Of a stretch of 64,000 nucleotides of DNA, positions 28,380-36,000 are shown piece after piece (positions within the stretch are counted from its first letter, which is position 1; each line of letters starts with the position of its first letter). A model generated the notes under the pieces. The model saw nothing but the letters and a program-made list of their open reading frames with translations, was not told where the DNA came from and ran no database searches. The stretch is from a virus. The stretch lies in the IMG/VR virus record IMGVR_UViG_3300028393_000022. One strand, 5' to 3'. Both the position numbers and the translations under genes were made by a program.

Positions 28380-28741
28380 AGGTTGGCGGGCCAGTTTGTA
28401 ATACCGCTGTGGAAAAACTGGGGAATAACCAGACACGTAACATGATGATGCACTCCCGTGGGTATATCCCACCAGCCTGAAAAATTGGTCGCGAGTCTAA
28501 GAGCACGAACCCTACGCTCAACGCATTGTCATAGTATGAATGTTAGCATACGAAAAACCGTGCTATAAACACTTAGACACTAGGAACGAGGTCTAAGACG
28601 CATTATGCGAGTCGATGTAGGTTGGGAAAGATCAGAGCCCATTAGCATTACGGTAAAAACACCTATTTCCAATGTCTCGGCCTGTGATAACTCACATGAA
28701 GACAAAAAGCGGAACCGCTCAAAACGGTTCCGTCTGACCAA
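28380..28741 (+). ncRNA. Candidate large structured non-coding RNA (unassigned family)
   Basis: Intergenic and dense in stems. AGGUUG(28380-85)/CAGCCU(28473-78) closes domain 1; UUGGUCG(28485-91)/UGACCAA(28735-41) closes domain 2; internal hairpins include GUGGG/CCCAC, UAGCA/UGCUA, CUUAGAC/GUCUAAG, UGUGA/UCACA and GCGGAACCG/CGGUUCCGU. Several G-U pairs favour the + strand. Confidence 0.6.
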
Positions 28742-28764
28742 AATAATCTACATGAATTTAAAAA

Positions 28765-28835
28765 GCTTCGCTGAAACAATTGCTTCAAGTAAGAGCGTAA
28801 GCGATTACGAAGAAGCAAATGAGCGTCAGCTCATT
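28765..28835. other. Cluster of GC-GN(N)A-GC mini-hairpin motifs and inverted repeats
   Basis: GCTTCGC (=GCGAAGC on minus) at 28765-71; GAGCGTAAGCGA at 28793-804 inside a TTGCTTC/GAAGCAA stem; perfect AATGAGC-GTCA-GCTCATT at 28818-35. Confidence 0.5.
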
Positions 28836-28842
28836 ATAAATA
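28835..28842 (+). promoter_or_regulatory. T4-type late promoter TATAAATA
   Basis: Exact T4 late consensus, 29 nt upstream of ATG 28872, with RBS TAGGA in between. Confidence 0.75.
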
Positions 28843-28871
28843 AAAGAAACAACTTCTTAGGAAATCCCTTT

Positions 28872-29489
28872 ATGCGTATCACTGAATTAATAATTGAAAA
28901 CAATCAAATAGATGAAATATCTCTTAAAGGTATCGGTCAAGGTCTAAGCAAGGCTGCTGATGCAGTTGGAGGTGCTGTTGGTGGCGTGCAAGGACAATGG
29001 GCTGGAATGCAAAATGTATATAATCAAAAAAGAGATAGAGTGGCGGCTGTAGCTCAAAGAAATGCAGAACAAGCAGGTGGTTATAAAAAGCCCGCCGCAC
29101 CAGTTGTAGCACCTACTCCAATAGCCGCTGTTCCTCCTACTGCACCAGCAGCTAATGCGGTGCCTAACAGTGGAACAATGTCAATTAATGGCAACAAATT
29201 AGATCCTAAGAATCCAGCTGATGCTAAAATAATTGCTCAGATACAGGCACAAGATGCACATAATGCTACCCAACAGGCTGCTCCACAACCAAGTGCAACT
29301 GCGGCACCGAGTGCCCCTCCTCGTCGTCTTGTAGGTCCAAAGGGAGTAGCCGCTGTTGAAAAAGCATACAAATCTTTACCAGATCCGCAACGTAGTCAAG
29401 CAAGACAAAGCATTGCAGCGATTGACGCAGGAGTTAAAGAAAGTTTGACTGTTGGTTATAAAAGTAATTTTCTAGGTCTAGTAATTTAA
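28872..29489 (+). CDS. Ala/Pro/Gln-rich late protein, probable internal head protein
   Basis: Start reassigned to ATG 28872 (late promoter + RBS). N-terminus MRITELIIENNQIDEI carries I/L-x-E motifs of the type cut by gp21-family proteases. Confidence 0.6.
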   Translation: MRITELIIENNQIDEISLKGIGQGLSKAADAVGGAVGGVQGQWAGMQNVYNQKRDRVAAVAQRNAEQAGGYKKPAAPVVAPTPIAAVPPTAPAANAVPNSGTMSINGNKLDPKNPADAKIIAQIQAQDAHNATQQAAPQPSATAAPSAPPRRLVGPKGVAAVEKAYKSLPDPQRSQARQSIAAIDAGVKESLTVGYKSNFLGLVI

Positions 29490-29704
29490 AAGAACGGCAT
29501 CTGCGTTTCTTTGGTCATTTCTAAATTACCTTCAATAATCTTAGTAAGCAGTTCTCTATCTTCAGGCGATAATAAAAATGCCTCTGAGAAACTTAGACCA
29601 CCTCTCATATACCAAGCGAATCTAAAAAGTTCTTCTTTTAAGGCTTTTGTATCAGTCTCGTATTCTTTTATGAGCTTATTGATACCATTAGTATCAAGAT
29701 ACAA
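29486..29704 (-). CDS. gp51: Small gp51-like baseplate/tail assembly chaperone; probably expressed as a -1 frameshift extension of gp26
   Basis: LKEELFRFAWYMRGGLSFSEAFLLSPEDRELL resembles short gp51 family; only a TTG start with no clear RBS; frame is open back to the T-TTT-TTC site. Confidence 0.7.
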   Translation of the reverse strand: MYLDTNGINKLIKEYETDTKALKEELFRFAWYMRGGLSFSEAFLLSPEDRELLTKIIEGNLEMTKETQMPFF

Positions 29705-29709
29705 AAGCC

Positions 29710-30582
29710 TTATACGAAAAAAGTTGCAGGATCAAATACTAATGGAACGTCAATTGTTTCACCAGTGATGCCATTTGCCCTCATTTCGTCAGTAACTTGA
29801 ACAGTAATTGGTTTTAAAGAATTTATTTCTCGCAATTGTTCAATGTGATTTTGAACAATATTAAAAATATCTTTGTCGGCATTGTCAATAAATTCTTTAA
29901 TGTGCCTTGGATCTTCAGTGCCGCCGTTAGTTGAATCTATTTTGTAAATGCTTTTCTCAACTATACCAATGGTAACATCTGATAGCTTGCTAAAACTTTC
30001 TTTAAATGCAGCAATTTTGTCAGCTTCACTCATTGCAGCATCGTTGGCAATTTGCAAAATCTTTTGAGTTTCAAATGTTTTTACAGCACTTTCACTGATC
30101 TGCTTGTAGTTCAAAGGACGAACATACACAGTTAGATCTTGACTTACCTGTACAGCACTTTCCCAGGTAATGTTTTGCATTAACGAATCCATTATGGTAC
30201 GTAGATCCGTTGTGTATTCCATTTCAATATCTTCTCCAAACGTAATAGGAGTTGTCATCTTTTCACCATAGGTTGCCAATCGAATTGCAATTAACAACAC
30301 ATCTAAATCGATACTGGGCACCATCCATGCATTTTTAATATTTGGAATACAATGTTGGATAACATCTACAACGGCCTGCCCGCTCATTACAGCATCTGGA
30401 ACTTTAAGCATTAGTTCGTCTTTGGCAGTCATGGAAAACACGGGTAGTTCTCCATTTTCAGACATTTCTAAACTGCCTGCTGGCCAAAATTGTCCATTGC
30501 TGGGCAAACGAATGTAGATTTTTGGTTGCCTCATGAAAGAAGCAAGCGGGTTTGGTTGTATGTTGGTTAGGTTAGCTACCAT
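29710..30582 (-). CDS. gp26: Baseplate hub assembly chaperone, gp26-like
   Basis: RQPKIYIRLPSNG, MTAKDELMLK.PDA..SG, SIDLDVLLIAIRLATYGE and C-terminal FF are typical of the T4_baseplate (gp26) family. Confidence 0.82.
   Translation of the reverse strand: MVANLTNIQPNPLASFMRQPKIYIRLPSNGQFWPAGSLEMSENGELPVFSMTAKDELMLKVPDAVMSGQAVVDVIQHCIPNIKNAWMVPSIDLDVLLIAIRLATYGEKMTTPITFGEDIEMEYTTDLRTIMDSLMQNITWESAVQVSQDLTVYVRPLNYKQISESAVKTFETQKILQIANDAAMSEADKIAAFKESFSKLSDVTIGIVEKSIYKIDSTNGGTEDPRHIKEFIDNADKDIFNIVQNHIEQLREINSLKPITVQVTDEMRANGITGETIDVPLVFDPATFFV
29716..29722 (-). other. Candidate programmed -1 ribosomal frameshift heptamer T-TTT-TTC
   Basis: gp26 frame reads ACT TTT TTC GTA TAA; the -1 frame reads TGA TCC TGC AAC TTT TTT CGT ATA AGG CTT TTG TAT..., continuous with the gp51-like ORF. 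Confidence 0.65.
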
Positions 30583-30594
30583 AATTTTATCTCC

Positions 30595-30630
30595 GATAAA
30601 TAAACAATGCGATTAGACCATATATTTATC
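30595..30630. promoter_or_regulatory. Pair of opposed late promoters (GATAAATA ... TATTTATC) between gp26 and tape measure
   Basis: GATAAATA at 30595-602 (+) and its reverse complement at 30623-630 (-) in the 72-nt divergent gap. Confidence 0.65.
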
Positions 30631-30654
30631 TACGCAGATAACCACTAAAAAACA

Positions 30655-32826
30655 ATGGCAGAAGTCACCGGATCAATAGGCAGCGAAGAAGTAGTACTGA
30701 ATAATGCGGCTACTGAAGCTACGCTACGGCTGATACTTCAAGCATCTCTTGCAACTACCAAAGCACAAAAAGAAGCTATTAAAGAGCTGGCAACTAAATC
30801 AGGACTAGATCCTAAGATAGTTGAGCAGATGAATACCAATGCTAAACAGTCTTCGGGAATGTTTAGCAACTTATCCACAGTAGGTTGGCAAACTGCTGAT
30901 AAGATTCGAACATTGGACAGAAGCATTTCTCCGTTGGTTGATAATTTAACCAAAGGTACTGCTACTCTAGGAAATGTGTTTGGTGCGTTTGAAGCAATGC
31001 CCGGAATACTGGGTGTATTTGCCACAGCACTAAAACGTGTTTCTGATTTTCAAGACGAAAATATGAAGATGTACCAGCAGGTAAGTACATCTGGTGTTAA
31101 TTTTGGTGGTAGTTTGACGCAATTGCGTCAAGCTGCTCTCAGCACTTATATGACATTAGATCAGTTTTCTAGCATGATGAAAAACAACGGTGAAGTGTTT
31201 GCCAAGATGGGCGGCACCGTTAATCAAGGTGCTAAATCGTTTGTTAAGGCCAGCAACACTTTGTTAAGCAGTGACGCAGGTAATAATTTAAGAGCATTGG
31301 GCTACACTACTGAAGAAGTTAATCAAGGAATGTTAAATTACATTTCATTGACAGGTGGTCGTAATAGACAAGAGATGCAGGACACTGCTGCTCTTACCAA
31401 AGGTACTACACTGTATCTAGAAGAATTAGATCAGCTGGCTCAAATTACAGGCAAGAGCAGAGAAGAGCAGCAAAAGAAATTAAAAGAAGAAATGGAAGAA
31501 GCAGAATTCCAACTGTTCCTTGCAAGCAAATCAAAAGAAGAACGTGAATTAATTGAACAGAACGTTAAGCGAGCTACATCATTATATGGAAAAGGCGGTG
31601 CAGATATTGCCAAAGCCAGTGCAATGGGTGTTGCAGTACAGGGAGAAGCAGGTAAAAAATTAACTGCACTTAGCGGACAAACAGCCGATTCTATAAAAAG
31701 AGATCTAGATCTAAGACGTACCTACGGTGCAAAGAGTCAAGAAGTTCAAGATAACGAAATTAAAGGCAGACAATCTAATGCTAGAGATCTAGGCAGACTC
31801 GCTGGAGCAGTGGGCTCGTACAGTGGTGTGCTAAAAGGCAACGAAGATGCAGTTAAACTGGCTGCAAAAGATAGAATTGCAGGCGAGCAAGCAATTAAAG
31901 AACAATATTCTGAAGCTGCTAAAGAAACAGCAGAAAGAAAAGAATCTGAAGCAAAAGATGCGGCAAAATCTCAACAAGCTATTCAAGAGTTTGGCCAAGC
32001 AATAATGAAATTAATTGCACCAATTGTACAAGTATTAACTCCGGTAGTTAATGCACTAGCCACAATTATTACCAAAGTTGTAAAAGGGTTTGACATTATT
32101 ACATTTGGCTTTGGGGGATTTGTTATTGCATTGGGTGCTGCTGTGCTTGCTATTAACAATTTTACTGCTGCTAAAACAGCAGAAGCTGCAAAAGATGCTG
32201 CTAGTGGCGGATTAGGTGACTTACTTGATAAAACAGGTAAGGGCGATAAACCTCCTAAGGGCGGTGGAGGTGCAGGAGGAACCGTAAAAAGATTTCTTAA
32301 AAGCCCTAGTGTGATTGGTACTGTACTCAGTGGATTAATGCTAGCTAGTGATCTTAGCGATATTAAAAAGCAAGAAAAAGAAGGAACAATATCTAAAGAA
32401 GAAGCAAATAAAGCCAAAGGTGGAGCCTGGGGCGAAGCAGCTGGCAGCGCGGTGGGTACGGCCTTAGGTGCATCTATTGGATCATTGTTTTTCGGCATTG
32501 GTGCAGCACCTGGCGCTATTATTGGCAGTATTCTTGGCTCTATGGTCGTAGGATCTCTTGGTAAAACTGCTGGAGAACGATTAGGAAGTGACTCAAAGAA
32601 AGCTGCTGATGGTGCTATAGTTTCCAAAGCAACCAATATAACCGCAGGTGAAGCAGGACCAGAAATTATATCTCCTATCAAGTACTTTAATAATTTACAA
32701 TCAGAGCTAGAGACGTTAAATAAGCAAACAATGGAAATGATTAGGTACATGAAAGAAACGGCAGAATACACTAGACGTACTCACGATGCTACTAAATCTT
32801 TAGGTGGTGATCTTTTCAAATTTTAA
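30655..32826 (+). CDS. Tail tape measure protein
   Basis: 723 aa, helical Ala/Gln/Lys-rich, hydrophobic and glycine-zipper segments, C-terminal ADGAIV...AGEAGPEII motif; next to tail chaperones. Confidence 0.75.
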   Translation: MAEVTGSIGSEEVVLNNAATEATLRLILQASLATTKAQKEAIKELATKSGLDPKIVEQMNTNAKQSSGMFSNLSTVGWQTADKIRTLDRSISPLVDNLTKGTATLGNVFGAFEAMPGILGVFATALKRVSDFQDENMKMYQQVSTSGVNFGGSLTQLRQAALSTYMTLDQFSSMMKNNGEVFAKMGGTVNQGAKSFVKASNTLLSSDAGNNLRALGYTTEEVNQGMLNYISLTGGRNRQEMQDTAALTKGTTLYLEELDQLAQITGKSREEQQKKLKEEMEEAEFQLFLASKSKEERELIEQNVKRATSLYGKGGADIAKASAMGVAVQGEAGKKLTALSGQTADSIKRDLDLRRTYGAKSQEVQDNEIKGRQSNARDLGRLAGAVGSYSGVLKGNEDAVKLAAKDRIAGEQAIKEQYSEAAKETAERKESEAKDAAKSQQAIQEFGQAIMKLIAPIVQVLTPVVNALATIITKVVKGFDIITFGFGGFVIALGAAVLAINNFTAAKTAEAAKDAASGGLGDLLDKTGKGDKPPKGGGGAGGTVKRFLKSPSVIGTVLSGLMLASDLSDIKKQEKEGTISKEEANKAKGGAWGEAAGSAVGTALGASIGSLFFGIGAAPGAIIGSILGSMVVGSLGKTAGERLGSDSKKAADGAIVSKATNITAGEAGPEIISPIKYFNNLQSELETLNKQTMEMIRYMKETAEYTRRTHDATKSLGGDLFKF

Positions 32827-32846
32827 AATGATAGAGGCAACGTAAT

Positions 32847-34580
32847 ATGGCGGGTTGGAGAAAATATTTTACTTTAGTTGATACATCTGGTGCAATGAGC
32901 CCTATAAACGGGTCTGTCAATGCAGATAGTCGCGCCAACCCTACACACAGAAACTACTCTAGCTATTTGCCAGATGTATATTCTGGACACCCAAATCGTT
33001 TAGAGCGTTATGGTCAATACGATACAATGGATGCTGACAGTGAAGTTAATGCTGCCTTGGACATTTTAGCTGAATTTTGCAGCCAAATGAATGAAGAAAC
33101 TGGAACACCTTTCCGTGTATTCTACAAAGATCAAGCTACTCCAACTGAAGTAACTGTCATTAAAAAGTACATGCAACAGTGGACTAAACTTAATAAATTT
33201 GACAAACGAATTTTTAAAATAGTCCGAAATACTTTCAAATACGGTGATGTATTTTTTGTTCGCGATCCTGAAACACAGGCTTGGATGTTTGTCGATTCAC
33301 AAAAAGTTGATCGTATTATTGTTAATGAAAGTGAAGGCAAGAAACCTGAACAATATGTTATCCGTGATTTTAATCCTAATTTAGAAACACTGGCTACAAC
33401 TGCCATTAGTCCTAGCAATGTAACAGGTGGCGGCAGTCAATACGCCAGTAGCTATGCCGCAGGGCAAGGTGGCGCTGGCGGCTCACGAGGAATGACAGGT
33501 GCGTTCCCTACAAATCTTAACGGTAATCGATTTAGTCGAAATGAAAATCAATATAATATTGATGCAAGACATGTGCTACACATCAGTTTAAGCGAAGGTT
33601 TAGACAACAATTACCCATTTGGAACTAGTCTTTTAGAAAGCATTTTTAAAGTTTACAAGCAAAAAGAATTGCTAGAAGATGCTATTATCATCTATCGTAT
33701 ACAACGTGCTCCAGAGCGTAGAGTTTTCTACATTGACGTTGGTAATATGCCAAGCCACTTGGCAATGGGCTTTGTAGAACGTGTCAAAAACGAAGTAAAT
33801 CAACGCAGAATTCCCAGTGCTACAGGTGGTGGCCAGACAATGATTGATGCTGGTTATAACCCATTAAGTATCAACGAAGATTACTTTTTCCCACAAACCG
33901 CTGAAGGCCGCGGAAGTAAAGTTGAAGTACTACCTGGTGGTACTAATCTAGGTGAGATTGATGATCTTAAGTATTTTACTAATAAACTGTTTCGTGCTTT
34001 GCGCATACCTAGCAGTTATCTACCTACTGGCAGCGACGATGGCGGAAGTAGTTTTAATGATGGTCGAGTTGGGACAGCCTACATCCAAGAATTGCGATTT
34101 AACAAATATTGCGAGCGTCTCCAAAGTCTAATGAATGACGTGTTTGATACAGAATTTAAACTGTATTTGCACAACAAAGGTATTAATATTGACAGTAATA
34201 TTTTTGATGTTAAGTTTAGTCCACCGCAAAACTTTGCCAGCTACCGTCAAACTGAAATGGATACAGCCCGTGTATCAACATATACCAGTTTAGCCGAAGT
34301 TCCTTACCTAAGTAAGCGTTTTTCTTTAAAGAGATTCTTAGGTCTAAGCCAAGAAGAAATTACAGAAAACGAAAAAATGTGGCAAGAAGAGAATGTTGAT
34401 GCAGATACAACACTGCCAGCTAATGCTGAATTACGTGGTGTAGGCATTACTGCAAACGCCATGGGAGCTGATATGAGCGCATTGAATGGCGCAACTACCC
34501 AACCTTTACCTGGTGAAGAAGGCGGCGGCGAAGCTGCACCAGCAGGCGGTGCAGGTGCTACAACTGCTCCTCCAGCATAA
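32847..34580 (+). CDS. gp20: Portal vertex protein
   Basis: LLEDAIIIYRIQRAPERRVFYIDVGNMP, EDYFFP, LPGGTNLGEIDDLKYF..KLFRALRIP: T4 gp20 signatures. Confidence 0.97.
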   Translation: MAGWRKYFTLVDTSGAMSPINGSVNADSRANPTHRNYSSYLPDVYSGHPNRLERYGQYDTMDADSEVNAALDILAEFCSQMNEETGTPFRVFYKDQATPTEVTVIKKYMQQWTKLNKFDKRIFKIVRNTFKYGDVFFVRDPETQAWMFVDSQKVDRIIVNESEGKKPEQYVIRDFNPNLETLATTAISPSNVTGGGSQYASSYAAGQGGAGGSRGMTGAFPTNLNGNRFSRNENQYNIDARHVLHISLSEGLDNNYPFGTSLLESIFKVYKQKELLEDAIIIYRIQRAPERRVFYIDVGNMPSHLAMGFVERVKNEVNQRRIPSATGGGQTMIDAGYNPLSINEDYFFPQTAEGRGSKVEVLPGGTNLGEIDDLKYFTNKLFRALRIPSSYLPTGSDDGGSSFNDGRVGTAYIQELRFNKYCERLQSLMNDVFDTEFKLYLHNKGINIDSNIFDVKFSPPQNFASYRQTEMDTARVSTYTSLAEVPYLSKRFSLKRFLGLSQEEITENEKMWQEENVDADTTLPANAELRGVGITANAMGADMSALNGATTQPLPGEEGGGEAAPAGGAGATTAPPA

Positions 34581-34583
34581 ATA
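34578..34583 (+). promoter_or_regulatory. Late promoter TAAATA overlapping the portal stop codon
   Basis: caTAAATAttgttATG: motif 5 nt before ATG 34589, no SD sequence. Confidence 0.6.
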
Positions 34584-34588
34584 TTGTT

Positions 34589-34834
34589 ATGTTTTTAAGA
34601 GAATTTATTTATTTTGACAAAGATCAGGCAGATATGTCCGATGACAATCGTTACGATTCTGATAATGATACGAGTGTATTGAAGTCTAAAGATCTTCGTA
34701 AAACTAGATTAACCTTAAAAATGTTAAACGATTTACGCAAAGCAGGCGATGCTCATGCAGCAGAGCAAAAAGAAGAACTAGTATTGGTTAGAAAGATGTA
34801 CGCAGCTCCTCCTCCGGAAGCTGCACCTGCATAA
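34589..34834 (+). CDS. Small prohead-associated protein (gp67/gp68 position)
   Basis: 81 aa between portal and core protein; RKTRLTLKMLNDLRK...VRKMY. Confidence 0.6.
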   Translation: MFLREFIYFDKDQADMSDDNRYDSDNDTSVLKSKDLRKTRLTLKMLNDLRKAGDAHAAEQKEELVLVRKMYAAPPPEAAPA

Positions 34835-34911
34835 ACTGATAGTTTAAATATTTTTAGTGAAAACTTAAATATTTTAACAAGAAATTGCAAAAATTCTTCA
34901 CGCTTTTATCT

Positions 34912-34937
34912 GAAATAGGCCGTTTTTGGCCTATTTC
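34912..34937. promoter_or_regulatory. Perfect 10-bp inverted repeat upstream of the head-core operon
   Basis: GAAATAGGCC-GTTTTT-GGCCTATTTC, ~23 nt upstream of TAAATA at 34961-66. Confidence 0.55.
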
Positions 34938-35009
34938 CCATACCTTTATACAATCCCACTTAAATAACAACACAGCCTTGCCGCGAAACTAACATAGGAG
35001 ATAACCGCA

Positions 35010-35987
35010 ATGTCTACAAAGTTTGAACAACTATTAGACTTAATTGTCAATGAAGAAATGGATAAAGCCAATGAGCTATTCCATGAAATCGTTGTTGAAA
35101 AGTCAAGAGATATATATGAGAATTTAATTGCTGAAGAAGCAGAAGAAGACGAAGAAATGGATGAGTCTGCTGAAGAAGACGACGAAGAAATGGATGAGTC
35201 TGCTGAAGAAGACGACGAAGAAATGGATGAAAACATTGATCTAGAAGACAGCTACAGCATGGAAGCCGACGACGAAGAAGATGAAATGGGCGGCGACGCT
35301 ACTGACGACTTCGGTGCTGACATCGGTGATGATGACATGGACGGAGAAGAAGGTCCAGAAGCTGGTGAAGACAAAGCTATTTTTGACATCAAGAATGCTA
35401 TTGCTGAACTAGAAGCAGCATTTGCTGAACTAGAGCAAGCCCAAGGTTCTGAAATGCCACATGATGAATTTGGCGATGAAGAAATGGATGGCGAAGATGA
35501 AGATGAAGGTATGATGATGGGTATGCACGAAGGTCGTCGTATGACACGTGAGTACACAGAAAAAGTTGGAAACGACTGGGATAAGAACAGCATGAAAACA
35601 CAAGGACAGTACGTAGGTGCAGGTTCCGGTGATAAAGAAGGTGCCCCAGTTGAAGGTAAGAGCCCAATCAGCAGCGGTTCTGGTAAGCCAACAAGCGGTG
35701 CAAATGCCAAGAATTTAGTTCAAGGTGGTACAGAAGGTTCTAGTAACACTGGTACAAGCCCAGCTAAAGGCAGCAAAGGTATTAATCCAGTTTCTGGCGA
35801 AAAGTTTGCTAAAGGTATCCACAACGTGGACGGTATGAAGTCTGGCGTTAAGACACTAGCAGGTGTTAAAGGTGGACACGGGGCAGAGAAGAAGGGCGCA
35901 GGTCCTGGACCAGTTGGATCCGGTACAGGTGACAAGGCTGGACAAACTAGCGTTGGCAAAATCCCTACTTTCCTTAAGAAACTATAA
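35010..35987 (+). CDS. Acidic prohead core/scaffold protein
   Basis: 325 aa; N-terminal helix (ANELFHEIVVEKSRDIYENL), very Asp/Glu-rich middle, Gly/Lys-rich tail; immediately upstream of gp21; RBS AGGAG. Confidence 0.7.
   Translation: MSTKFEQLLDLIVNEEMDKANELFHEIVVEKSRDIYENLIAEEAEEDEEMDESAEEDDEEMDESAEEDDEEMDENIDLEDSYSMEADDEEDEMGGDATDDFGADIGDDDMDGEEGPEAGEDKAIFDIKNAIAELEAAFAELEQAQGSEMPHDEFGDEEMDGEDEDEGMMMGMHEGRRMTREYTEKVGNDWDKNSMKTQGQYVGAGSGDKEGAPVEGKSPISSGSGKPTSGANAKNLVQGGTEGSSNTGTSPAKGSKGINPVSGEKFAKGIHNVDGMKSGVKTLAGVKGGHGAEKKGAGPGPVGSGTGDKAGQTSVGKIPTFLKKL
35148..35230 (+). repeat. 33-bp exact tandem repeat (2.5 copies) encoding DEEMDESAEED
   Basis: GACGAAGAAATGGATGAGTCTGCTGAAGAAGAC at 35148 and 35181, partial copy at 35214. 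Confidence 0.9.
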
Positions 35988-36000
35988 TTAGAGAATCTGG

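Noticed and set aside
28380-28760. Group I/II intron, tmRNA, RNase P or tRNA identity for the structured region
   Set aside because: No interrupted host gene, no convincing P7 or domain V consensus, no tRNA-like ends or cloverleaf; AUCAGAGCCC only superficially resembles intron R elements.
28605-28871. N-terminal 89 codons of track ORF 28605..29489
   Set aside because: Overlaps the structured region and lies upstream of the late promoter and RBS; the true start is more likely 28872.
31983-32771. Long antisense ORFs (262 aa here; also 19446-20204, 21288-21749, 35252-36178, 50324-53305)
   Set aside because: Mirror frames of Gly/Ala/Thr-rich sense genes, with no RBS or recognisable motifs.
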